Part shown: in pieces, positions 42,990-53,102 of the stretch
How positions within the stretch are numbered: position 1 is the first letter of the stretch
Layout of the letters: each line of letters starts with the position of its first letter
NCBI GenBank assembly: GCA_026393865.1
Contig: JAPKZI010000234.1
Span: 288 to 64,287, forward strand
Direction: 5' to 3'
Source: Candidatus Aminicenantes bacterium
GTDB lineage: Bacteria > Acidobacteriota > Aminicenantia > Aminicenantales > UBA4085
Length of the DNA: 64,000 nt
The notes under the pieces: generated by a model
Database searches by the model: none
Seen by the model: only the letters and a program-made list of their open reading frames with translations
What the model was told of the DNA's origin: nothing
Made by a program: the position numbers and the translations under genes

Positions 42990-44366
42990 CTAGAATTCGC
43001 CGGCGTCGATCCCGAGCCGTTTGATCATCTCGTTGAGCGTCGTCGGCTTCACGTCCAGCATCAGGGCCGCAGTCTTCTGGATCCCCTTGGCCTTCTTGAG
43101 GGCCGTTTCGATGAGCCGCTTCTGGAAGGCGAGCGTCTGATCGCGCAGGTTCAATCCCTCGCCGGCGATATCGCCCTCTTTCTTCGCCGGCGACAACAGG
43201 ATCTCGGGCAGGTTGTCGCGCGTGATCGTCCTGGACTTGGCGAACACGACGGCCCGCTCGATGAGGTTCTCCAGCTCGCGGACGTTCCCGGGCCAGGCGT
43301 TCTTCTCCAGGATCTCCAGGACGTCCTCGGAGACGCCGTCGATCTCCTTTTCGTTCTCCTTGGCGTAGATCGCCAGGAAATGCTTGACGAGGAGGGGGAT
43401 GTCCTCCTTCCTCTCGCGCAGAGGAGGGAGCTCGATCTTGATGACGTTCAACCGATAGTAGAGGTCCTTGCGGAACGCCTTCTGCCGAATGAGCTCCTCG
43501 AGATCGGTGTTGGTCGCGGCGATGATCCGGACGTCGACCCTGAGGGTCTTGATCCCGCCCAGGCGCATGAACTCCCGGTCCTGCATGACCCGCAGGAGCT
43601 TGGCCTGCGTCTCCAGCCCGATCGAGGAGATCTCGTCGAAGAAGATCGTCCCTTTGTCGGCCGCCTCGAACAGGCCCTGCTTCTCGCTCACCGCGCCGGT
43701 GAAGGCGCCCTTGACGTGGCCGAAGAGGTGGCTCTCGAGCAGGTCGGGCGGGAGCGACCCGCTGTTGACGACGATGAACGGGAAGCCGGCCCGGTTCGAG
43801 TTCTCGTGGATGGCCCGGGCGACGAGCTCCTTGCCCGTTCCGCTCTCTCCCTGGACGAGGATCGTGCTTCGCGTCGGCGCGGCGGCCTTGACCAGATCGA
43901 AAACGTTTATCATGACCTGGCTCTTGCCGATGATGTTCCCGAAGCTGAACTTTCGCTTGAGCTCGTCGCGGAGGCGGAGGTTCTCCTCCCGGAGGTTCTT
44001 GTGCTCGAGGGCCCGGGCGACGATCAGCAGGAGCTCCTCGTGTTTGAAGGGCTTTTGGACGTAATCGAAGGCGCCGATCTTCATGGCCTCGATGGCCGAT
44101 TCGACCGAGGCATAGGCGGTGATGATGACGACGACCGCCTGGGGCTGGATTCGTTTGATGGCCCGGAGCACCTCGATGCCGTCCATGCCCGGCATCAGCA
44201 GGTCGAGGAGGACGAGGTCGAACCGCTGAGAGGCGTATTTCTCGAGCGCCTCCTCGCCCGAGGCGGAGATCTCGACATCGTATCCCTCCGAGGTCAGGAG
44301 CTGGGTGAGGATGTCGTGGATGACGGGTTCGTCGTCGATGATATGGATCAAACCTTGGCTGCTCAT
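42990..44366 (-). CDS. Sigma54-dependent response regulator (REC + AAA+ EBP + HTH), PilR/AtoC-like
   Basis: 458 aa with a REC domain (IHIIDDE...DLVLLDLLMPGMDG), Walker A GESGTGKE, GAFTGA, and a C-terminal HTH (AALMLDVKPTTLNEMIKRLGI). Confidence 0.9.
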   Translation of the reverse strand: MSSQGLIHIIDDEPVIHDILTQLLTSEGYDVEISASGEEALEKYASQRFDLVLLDLLMPGMDGIEVLRAIKRIQPQAVVVIITAYASVESAIEAMKIGAFDYVQKPFKHEELLLIVARALEHKNLREENLRLRDELKRKFSFGNIIGKSQVMINVFDLVKAAAPTRSTILVQGESGTGKELVARAIHENSNRAGFPFIVVNSGSLPPDLLESHLFGHVKGAFTGAVSEKQGLFEAADKGTIFFDEISSIGLETQAKLLRVMQDREFMRLGGIKTLRVDVRIIAATNTDLEELIRQKAFRKDLYYRLNVIKIELPPLRERKEDIPLLVKHFLAIYAKENEKEIDGVSEDVLEILEKNAWPGNVRELENLIERAVVFAKSRTITRDNLPEILLSPAKKEGDIAGEGLNLRDQTLAFQKRLIETALKKAKGIQKTAALMLDVKPTTLNEMIKRLGIDAGEF

Positions 44367-44379
44367 GGGTCCCGCTTTC

Positions 44380-47229
44380 TCAGGATTTGGTTTTCTCGGC
44401 TTTGGCCTGGCCGAGCTTCCGGTCGTCGAGGTCCTCGGGAATGACGATGATGAAACTCGTGCCCTTGCCCACCTCGCTCTCGACGCTGAGGCGGCCCTCG
44501 TGCTCCTTGACGATGGCGTAGCTGATGGACAGCCCCAGGCCCGTCCCTTTTCCCACGCCCTTGGTCGTGAAGAACGGGTCGAAGATGTGAGGCAGATGCT
44601 GTTCCTTGATCCCGTGACCGGTGTCCGAGATCCGGATCACGGCGTCGATGCCGATCTCGGCCAGCTCGATCCTGAGCGTGCCGCCCTGGGGCATGGCGTC
44701 GATGGCGTTCAGGATGATGTTGATGAACACCTGCTGGAGCCGCTCACCCTGGGCCCAGATGGGCTTCACAGGCGCCAGGACCAGCTCCAGGCGGATGTTC
44801 ATGGTCTTCAATTTGTAATCGATGAGGGAGATGATCTCCTGGAGGTTCTCCTTGAGGTTGACGCGGTGGAAGGCGAGGTCGGAGGGATTGCGGGCGAAGC
44901 TCAGCAGGTTCTTGATGATCCGGGAGACGCGGTCGGTCTGCGTCTCGATCTTCTCCAGGATCCGGGCGAAATGGACGTCGGTGATCTTTTTTTGGAGTAT
45001 CTGGACGTAGCTCGAGATGCCCGTCAGCGGCGTGTTGATCTCGTGGGCCACGCCGGCCGAGAGCAGCCCGATGGAGGCCAGCTTCTCGGAGGTGACGAGC
45101 TGCTGCTGGAGGTTGATCTTGTCCGTGATGTCCTCGAAGACAATGACCGTGCCGTACGGATTGAGGCGATTGTCCAGGAGGGGCGTCTTGGCGATGTCGA
45201 AGATCCTCTTGTCTCCCGAAGGCAGGTCGAGGCGGATCTCGCTCATGAGATGAAAATCCTGCTGGGTATCGGGCGGGTAGACGGCGGCGAAATTCTCGGG
45301 CCCCAGGATCCTGAGCAGGGTCTCGCCGAGGATGTCCTCCTTTTTCTTGGCGAACGCCTCTTCGAGGACCCGGTTCCAGCCGATGACCCGGCCTTTCTGA
45401 TCGAGGACGGCCACCCCGACGGGCAGGCTCTCGATGATATTCTCGCTGTAGTCCTTCAACCGCTCGAGCTCCTGGGCGCGGAGGCCGGCCTGATTATATA
45501 GGGTGGCGTTCTCCAGGGCCAGGGCCAGGGGCGAGGAGATCGTTGTCAGCAGCTCCCAGTCCTCCCTGGTGAGGAACGTGGCGTCTGTTTTCTTGCCCAT
45601 GGCCAGACAGCCGGTCATCTTGTCCTCGACCTTAAGGGCGAGGATGTGCTCGAATCCCAGTGTCCTGAGGTCCTCGAACTTTTCCTGAAGCTCCCGTTTC
45701 TCGCTCAGGGAATACAGGGAGAGCGAGTTGTTGGTCGTCAGGTCTTCGAAGAGCTCCGGGGAGATGGCCAATCGGCCGGGCAGGGCGGCGAATTCCCCCC
45801 GGGAGCTGAAGATGGAGAAGGCGCGGGGCTCGTTCTCGACGGGCAGGAGCAGGGCGATGTTCCGCAGCGAGAGAGCGTTGGCGGTGAGCTCCAGCATCGA
45901 TTTGGACAGGTTCTCCAGGTTCCGCTCGCGGCTGAGCTCCTTGCTGATCGAGAGAAGGGTCTTCCGGTATTGATAGCTGCGCTTATAGAAAACGCGGTCG
46001 AAGAGCGATTGGAACAGCTTCTTGATCGGCGTGAACAGCGTCGCGCCCAGGACGATGGCCAGAATCCAGAGCAGAAGCGGCTTCAGCTTGTTCTCCGAGA
46101 AGAACCTGATCTGGGTCCCGACGGCGAGATAGAGGAGGGCCAGGACGAAATACGAAACGATGAGTGTCGCGGCCTTTTTGAGGATGACCTCGATGTCCAT
46201 CAGCTTGTAGCGGGAGATGGAATAGGCGAACGAGATGGGGATGAAGGCCTGGAGCAGGACGGTCAGTTCGGCCACCTGGGTCGGGGCGCTCCCGACCAGA
46301 AAGGGGATCACGTAGAGCAGGGTGAAGGGAATAACGCCGGCGCCGAGGCCGTAGACGATCCACTTGAGCTGCTTGCGGACCAGGAAACTGGAATGGCGGA
46401 AGTAGCTGTCCGAGATCGTGGCCAGGGTGATGAAGGTGAACAGAGCGAAATGGAAGAGGTCCGCTTTCTCCAGCGTCCCGTAGGCCCGGAGGATAAGGTT
46501 GTTGTCCAGGCCGCTGAGATACGGCAGGTGCAGGAGGACCTTGGCCAGGAGGAGAAGGACGGCCGGCGCGTAGAACAGATAGATGGCGGTCGGCCGGTCT
46601 TTCAGGAACTTCTTGCGCTGGGGAAAGATCAGAAAATAGTGTAGCAGGAGCGGGGGGAAGGCGAGGAACGAGACCTTGTCCAGCCAGAAGAAGACGCTGT
46701 CGAGGAGGTCGAGCTCGCCCGTCGGTGAGAAGATGTAGAAGGAATAGAGGATGATCGAAAGGAAATAGAAAAAGATATTGGGGACGGCATAGGGTTTGGC
46801 CGAATTGAAAAAGACGATCAGGCCGATGATGAGCGTCGTCAGCCCGATCAAGGCCAGGTAAAAGTAGTAGAGGCTGACGCCCTTCTGGATCAAGGTCAGG
46901 GACGGGAAGAAGATCTCGCCCTGACGGTTGATCTGGTAAGCGACCATCTGGCCGGAGTTCGCCGCCTCCCAGAGGTTCTTGACCAGCTCGATTTCATTGC
47001 TGATCCGGTTGTTGTTGATGGAGAAGAGGACGTCGCCCTTCTTGATCCCCGCATAGATATAGGCCGGCCCGTTGGGGTCGACCTTGACCGCCGTCAGGCC
47101 GCCCGCCTTGCTCTCCCAGACGACGCCGTCCGTCGGCTCCTTCCAGCCGATCTTGCGATAGATATTGAGCCCCCCCAGGACGAAAAGGGCCGTCAAGGGG
47201 ACCAGGAGCCAGGCTGCCTTTTTTCTCAT
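44380..47229 (-). CDS. Sensor histidine kinase: N-terminal PDZ-like domain + multi-TM block + GAF-like + PAS + HisKA/HATPase
   Basis: 949 aa with a PDZ-like segment (GLTAVKVDPNGPAYIYAGIKKGDVLFSINNNRIS...GQMVAYQINRQGE) after the first TM, followed by about 8-10 hydrophobic helices. It has H-box SAGVAHEINTPL and ATPase boxes NIILNAIDAM, DTGHGI and GTGLGLSISY. Confidence 0.85.
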   Translation of the reverse strand: MRKKAAWLLVPLTALFVLGGLNIYRKIGWKEPTDGVVWESKAGGLTAVKVDPNGPAYIYAGIKKGDVLFSINNNRISNEIELVKNLWEAANSGQMVAYQINRQGEIFFPSLTLIQKGVSLYYFYLALIGLTTLIIGLIVFFNSAKPYAVPNIFFYFLSIILYSFYIFSPTGELDLLDSVFFWLDKVSFLAFPPLLLHYFLIFPQRKKFLKDRPTAIYLFYAPAVLLLLAKVLLHLPYLSGLDNNLILRAYGTLEKADLFHFALFTFITLATISDSYFRHSSFLVRKQLKWIVYGLGAGVIPFTLLYVIPFLVGSAPTQVAELTVLLQAFIPISFAYSISRYKLMDIEVILKKAATLIVSYFVLALLYLAVGTQIRFFSENKLKPLLLWILAIVLGATLFTPIKKLFQSLFDRVFYKRSYQYRKTLLSISKELSRERNLENLSKSMLELTANALSLRNIALLLPVENEPRAFSIFSSRGEFAALPGRLAISPELFEDLTTNNSLSLYSLSEKRELQEKFEDLRTLGFEHILALKVEDKMTGCLAMGKKTDATFLTREDWELLTTISSPLALALENATLYNQAGLRAQELERLKDYSENIIESLPVGVAVLDQKGRVIGWNRVLEEAFAKKKEDILGETLLRILGPENFAAVYPPDTQQDFHLMSEIRLDLPSGDKRIFDIAKTPLLDNRLNPYGTVIVFEDITDKINLQQQLVTSEKLASIGLLSAGVAHEINTPLTGISSYVQILQKKITDVHFARILEKIETQTDRVSRIIKNLLSFARNPSDLAFHRVNLKENLQEIISLIDYKLKTMNIRLELVLAPVKPIWAQGERLQQVFINIILNAIDAMPQGGTLRIELAEIGIDAVIRISDTGHGIKEQHLPHIFDPFFTTKGVGKGTGLGLSISYAIVKEHEGRLSVESEVGKGTSFIIVIPEDLDDRKLGQAKAEKTKS

Positions 47230-47238
47230 GAAAAGCTT

Positions 47239-47267
47239 ATTATAAGACCTTTACGCCGGGAATCCAA
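47239..47267 (-). promoter_or_regulatory. Putative sigma70 promoter (TTGGAT-17-TATAAT) giving a near-leaderless kinase mRNA
   Basis: The plus strand reads attata (47239-47244) and atccaa (47262-47267). The -10 box ends only 9 nt before the ATG at 47229, and no SD is visible. Confidence 0.4.
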
Positions 47268-47307
47268 AAAATTGAATCCTCTTCGCAAAAAATATATGTC
47301 CTTGGGC

Positions 47308-47568
47308 TCAGTCAAGGATATGCCGGGCGACCGCCCGGACGGCCCAGCTGATGCGGGGTTGTTTGTTGAGACGGGTCAAGATCGGATTGTCTTTTAGACC
47401 CAGCGGTTTCGTGTTCCTCTGGATGATCGCGTTCATATAATCGGATACGGCCTTTTTCGGAGGTTCGCTCTGAGGGAGGGGATGGAGGCCCGGCGAATTT
47501 AAGGAGAAAGCGAGAAAAAGGAACGACAGGCTCAGGAATCTCCTCCGCCCGGTTCTTTGATCCTTCAT
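47308..47568 (-). CDS. Small exported hypothetical protein
   Basis: 86 aa with an RRRFLSLSFLFLAFSL signal-like N-terminus. It lies in a locally lower-GC region. No family was recognised, and an alternative overlapping frame exists (47312-47605). Confidence 0.3.
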   Translation of the reverse strand: MKDQRTGRRRFLSLSFLFLAFSLNSPGLHPLPQSEPPKKAVSDYMNAIIQRNTKPLGLKDNPILTRLNKQPRISWAVRAVARHILD

Positions 47569-47639
47569 TTTTCTTAAACATATATCGCCCCTCCCCGTTT
47601 GTCAATCTCCTCTCCCTTTTCTAACCTTCCTTAACCTAT

Positions 47640-47668
47640 TTGACAAAATTTCGATAATACCCTATATA
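47640..47668 (+). promoter_or_regulatory. Putative sigma70 promoter (TTGACA-17-TATATA) for the pilus/secretion cluster
   Basis: ttgaca lies at 47640-47645 and tatata at 47663-47668, about 80 nt upstream of the ATG at 47752. Confidence 0.4.
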
Positions 47669-47751
47669 GATGGCCCATACTCAGCGAAGATTTTCAGCGG
47701 GGACATGACGCGGCTGAGGATGGATCATGAGGCGAGGACAGAAGCGAGGCC

Positions 47752-48960
47752 ATGCCCTATTATTTCTGCCGCTTGGCCGCCGAAGACGGCCGCGTTGTGA
47801 CCGAATCCTATTTGGCCACGACGCTCGACGAATGCCGCCGGCATTTCGAAGCCGAGGGCTTCTGCGTCCTGTCCGTCAAAAAAGATTGGAGGAAGCAGCG
47901 GCTGTCCTCGCTGTCCTCGAAAAAGAAGATCAAGGACCGCGATTTCATCATGTTCAACCAGGAGCTCATGGCCCTGATCCGGGCGGGGTATCCGGTCCTG
48001 CGCAGCATCGAGGTCATCGCCAACCGGGTCAAGAACCTCTATCTCAAGGAAGTCCTGCGCAAGGTCGAAAACGATATCCGCCACGGCAAGTCTCTCTCGG
48101 AATCATTCGCCCCGTTCGAAAAGCGGTTCTCGAAGATTTACACGGCCGCCCTCATGGCCGGTGAACAGAGCGGCAACTTGCCCGAAACCATCAGCCAGTT
48201 CAATCAGTACGCCAAGGTCGTCGCCCGGACGAAGGCCCGGATCCGTTCGGCGCTCACCTACCCGACCATGCTCCTGGTCTTCTCCCTTGCGCTGCTGGCC
48301 ATCCTGATCAATTTTGTCCTGCCCAATTTCGCCGATTTTTACCGCGATTTCGAGGCGCAGCTGCCGCTCCTCACGACGATGCTGATGGACTTTTCGAAGT
48401 TCATCCGGGGTCACTGGTCGCTCTGGATCGCCCTGACCGCCCTGCTCGTCCTCGGTTATATCCAGATGAGAAGGAACGAGCGGGCCCACCTTTGGCTTGA
48501 GGAGAAGAAGCTCAAGATCCCCCTCGGCCGCGTCATCTGGACCGAGTCGGCCGTCTCTCTCTTCTCCCGCACCCTGTCGCTCCTTCTCCAGGCCGGCGTC
48601 CCCCTCTTGAGCGGCGTCGGGCTGGCCTCGCAGGCCATGCCCAACAAGTTCCTCACGGCCCGGACGGCGACGCTTCCGGCCAGCATCAAGAACGGCGAAA
48701 GCCTGTCCGAAGCGCTGACGAAAACCGGCATCTTCCCACCCCTGTCGCTCGACATGGTCCGGATCGGCGAGACCTCGGCCAATCTCGGGGGCATGCTGAA
48801 GGAAGTGGCCGACGTCTACGACGAAAGCATCCAGAGCCGGATCGACACGTTCGTCTCGCTCATCGAGCCCATTACCATCATCTTTATGGGGGTGCTCGTG
48901 GCGCTCATGCTTCTCTCCGTCTACGTGCCCATCTTCAATATCATCAAGGTCGCCCGATAA
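47752..48960 (+). CDS. GspF/PilC-family inner-membrane platform protein
   Basis: 402 aa with a duplicated T2SSF domain pattern (FTRQLATLL-type repeats: FNQELMALIRAGYPVLRSIE and LFSRTLSLLLQAGVPLLSGV) and three TM segments. Confidence 0.9.
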   Translation: MPYYFCRLAAEDGRVVTESYLATTLDECRRHFEAEGFCVLSVKKDWRKQRLSSLSSKKKIKDRDFIMFNQELMALIRAGYPVLRSIEVIANRVKNLYLKEVLRKVENDIRHGKSLSESFAPFEKRFSKIYTAALMAGEQSGNLPETISQFNQYAKVVARTKARIRSALTYPTMLLVFSLALLAILINFVLPNFADFYRDFEAQLPLLTTMLMDFSKFIRGHWSLWIALTALLVLGYIQMRRNERAHLWLEEKKLKIPLGRVIWTESAVSLFSRTLSLLLQAGVPLLSGVGLASQAMPNKFLTARTATLPASIKNGESLSEALTKTGIFPPLSLDMVRIGETSANLGGMLKEVADVYDESIQSRIDTFVSLIEPITIIFMGVLVALMLLSVYVPIFNIIKVAR

Positions 48961-48961
48961 C

Positions 48962-50572
<1,611 letters not shown>

Positions 50573-50575
50573 ACG

Positions 50576-51514
50576 ATGGCCGCGCTGTTCGACCGCTTGG
50601 CGAATTTTTTCCACGAGCCGATCTACCCGCCGGACGCCTACCAGCTGGCCCGGACCTATCTCAGCGGCGTTCATTACTCGAAGAAAGAGAAAAAGATCAC
50701 CTCCCATATCGTCCGGCCGCTCCCGGCCGGCGTCCTCGATCCCTCCTTCGACAAGACCAACATCACCGATCCGGCCGGGCTGGAAAAGGCCGTCCGCGAG
50801 GCGGCCTTCAAGCTCGGCCCGGTCGGCGGCGCCGTCTCCCTGCTCCTTCCCGAAGCCTGCCTCCGGGTGTTCATCCTGACGTTCGAAGGGCTTCCATCGT
50901 CGATGGCCGAACGCGAGGAGATCCTGCGCTGGAGGCTCAACAAGCTCGTCCCGTTCAAGCCCGGGGACATGCGGCTCTCCTACGACGTCCTCAGATCGAA
51001 CGGCCAGGCCAAGGTCCTTCTCGCCCTGGCCCGGACGGACGTGGTCCGGGAATACGAAAGCCTGTTCGGCCGTCTCGGGCTGAAGATCAGGACCGTCGGC
51101 GTTCCCGTGCTCAATCTTCTGAGCCTTGTCCGCCTCGAGCCGCCCGGCCACGCCATAATCGTCAACATCGAAGAGGACGCCCTCGGCCTGCTCGCCGTCC
51201 TCGACGGAGAGGTCTCTCTTTACCGGTTCAAACCGTTCCTCCAGGACGCCCAGAGTCCGATGAGCTCCGACCGGAAGATGGACCAGGTGGCCAACGAGAT
51301 CGACAATACGGTCCGTTTCCTCGAAGACCGGGAGAAGAAAGGGATCTCCTCGGTCTGGGTCCGGTCGGCCGTCGAAGGCACGGAGGATGAAACCCTGGCC
51401 GCTCTGAAAGAGCGCCTGTCGCCCCTGGCCTTCGCCGAATTCTCGAGCCCCTGGCCGCTGACCTTCCGGGACCGGCAGGTTCTTTCTCCTTTGATCGGGC
51501 AGGTGCTGCGATGA
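50576..51514 (+). CDS. PilM/GspL-like cytoplasmic assembly protein
   Basis: 312 aa. The position (after the ATPase, before the PilN-like gene, 4-nt overlap) and an actin-like repeat pattern support the call, but no clear ATP-binding motifs were recognised. Confidence 0.5.
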   Translation: MAALFDRLANFFHEPIYPPDAYQLARTYLSGVHYSKKEKKITSHIVRPLPAGVLDPSFDKTNITDPAGLEKAVREAAFKLGPVGGAVSLLLPEACLRVFILTFEGLPSSMAEREEILRWRLNKLVPFKPGDMRLSYDVLRSNGQAKVLLALARTDVVREYESLFGRLGLKIRTVGVPVLNLLSLVRLEPPGHAIIVNIEEDALGLLAVLDGEVSLYRFKPFLQDAQSPMSSDRKMDQVANEIDNTVRFLEDREKKGISSVWVRSAVEGTEDETLAALKERLSPLAFAEFSSPWPLTFRDRQVLSPLIGQVLR

Positions 51515-52071
51515 ACGGCAAGAAGGCGAAGGTGAACCTGGCCAGCCATCCCCTCCGCAACCGCCGTTTCTTTTTCGCCCTCCTGGCCTCGGCCGCCGGG
51601 ATTTTTCTGCTCGTGGCCGCCCTGACGCTGCTGTCCGCAGCCAAAAGCCGCTCGCGGGAAGCGGCCCTCCGCGACTCCCTGGACCGGATGACGGGTTTGA
51701 CCCGGACGGCGCAGAAGGAAAAGGACGACTGGAGCCTGCAGGTCCGCGATCTCTCGAAAAAAAATAAGGACCTGCTCGGCTCGATCAACGGCATCATCCT
51801 GGCCAAGACGTTTTCCTGGGTCGATTTCTTCTCGAGGCTCGAGGAGGCCCTTCCGGCCGGGAGTTTCATTTCGTCGATCATCCCGGTCCAGGCCGTCGAG
51901 GGGAAGATCGAACTGCGATTCAAGGTCGTCTCCCAAAACCTCAACGATCTTCTCGCCCTTATCCAGAAACTGAACGCCCTGGGCTTCAAGAACATCTCGG
52001 TGAAGAACGAGTCCTCCCAGGACGGGCAATTGATTTCGGAGATCCTTCTGACCCATGAAAGAGCTATTTAA
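51511..52071 (+). CDS. PilN-like bitopic assembly protein
   Basis: 186 aa with the conserved N-terminal VNLASHPLRNRR (PilN-type INLLP-like motif), followed by a single TM and a periplasmic coiled-coil/ferredoxin-like region. Confidence 0.6.
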   Translation: MNGKKAKVNLASHPLRNRRFFFALLASAAGIFLLVAALTLLSAAKSRSREAALRDSLDRMTGLTRTAQKEKDDWSLQVRDLSKKNKDLLGSINGIILAKTFSWVDFFSRLEEALPAGSFISSIIPVQAVEGKIELRFKVVSQNLNDLLALIQKLNALGFKNISVKNESSQDGQLISEILLTHERAI

Positions 52072-52615
52072 CCTGTTGAACCTGAAGGAGCGCCGGGCGG
52101 CGGCCGTGGTCGGCGCCGTCCTTGGAGCGGGGGCTCTCCTGCTCCTCTTCGCCTCCATCCGGGAACATCGCTCGGCGAGCCGGGCCGCGGCCGAACTCCA
52201 GACGATGGAACAGGCCTACCAAATCCTCAGCCGGACCCGGAACGAGGTCAGGAAGGAATGGCAGGGCTGGATGGACGCCCAGAAGGACATGGCCGCGCTT
52301 CGGGCCGGCCGTTTTTTCGAGGGCAAGAAGATCACTCAGGATCTGCGCCTGACACTCCAACAGATCTTCGACGAGGCGGGGATCCCCGTCTCGGATATCG
52401 CTTACGGCTATACCGAGTTCGTCAAGGACAGTATCCAGAAGGTCTCCGTCGATTTCCGTTTCACGGGCAACTACATGATGCTCAAACGGCTGCTGGACAC
52501 GATCGAGCGGCATCCCCGGTTCCTCCATGTGGAGAAGATCGATTTTCAAAGCATCGGGAAGCAGCCCGGCCTGCTCGAGGTCAAGATCAGCTTGGCGGGA
52601 TACTATGAAAACTAG
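52055..52615 (+). CDS. PilO/GspM-like bitopic assembly protein
   Basis: 186 aa with one TM (AAAVVGAVLGAGALLLLFA), a coiled coil and then an alpha/beta C-domain. The call rests on gene order. Confidence 0.5.
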   Translation: MKELFNLLNLKERRAAAVVGAVLGAGALLLLFASIREHRSASRAAAELQTMEQAYQILSRTRNEVRKEWQGWMDAQKDMAALRAGRFFEGKKITQDLRLTLQQIFDEAGIPVSDIAYGYTEFVKDSIQKVSVDFRFTGNYMMLKRLLDTIERHPRFLHVEKIDFQSIGKQPGLLEVKISLAGYYEN

Positions 52616-53102
52616 GAACATCTCATGGCTTTTGGCCTTTGCCGTGGTCGCGGCGGCCGCCTCGCCGGCCCAGGACAAAGCGGGCCCGGCCGACAAAAAA
52701 GCCGCCCCGACGATCTCGTTGATCCGGATGGACTTGCTTCAAAACAAGGAGCGGCCAAGTGCCGCGGTGAAGCGGGATATTTTCATCCCGCAGAGTCAGT
52801 CCGGCCCGATGGGAATGCCGATGGGGACCATGATGGACAAGCGGCCCCCGCTCCCAACTGTGGCCGAGGCCGCGGCCATGGAATCGCAGGAAGCGTCGTT
52901 CAACGCGCGCTACGTCGGATACATCCGGGGCAAGAAAAGGATCACCGCCATCATTCTTTATGAGAACCAGGCCGTGGCCTTGGAGGAAGGGGACATGCTC
53001 GGCCCGATCTGGAAGGTCGTCAAGATCACGGCCGAGGGGGTCGAAATCCAGGGATCGGACGGGGCCTCGCGGACGCTCCCCCTAGAAGGAGAACGGAAAT
53101 GA
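52605..53102 (+). CDS. PilP-like periplasmic protein
   Basis: The start is trimmed to MKTRNISWLLAFAVVAAAASPAQ (signal peptide). The C-terminal beta-domain pattern (YVGYIRGKKRITAIILYENQAVALEEGDMLG..WKVVKITAEGVEI) resembles PilP/GspC HR domains. Confidence 0.45.
   Translation: MKTRNISWLLAFAVVAAAASPAQDKAGPADKKAAPTISLIRMDLLQNKERPSAAVKRDIFIPQSQSGPMGMPMGTMMDKRPPLPTVAEAAAMESQEASFNARYVGYIRGKKRITAIILYENQAVALEEGDMLGPIWKVVKITAEGVEIQGSDGASRTLPLEGERK

Noticed and set aside
47312-47605. 97-aa alternative-frame ORF overlapping the 86-aa hypothetical gene.
   Set aside because: It is Pro/Glu/Arg-rich with no signal peptide or motif. The 47308-47568 frame has a plausible signal sequence, so it was preferred, still at low confidence.
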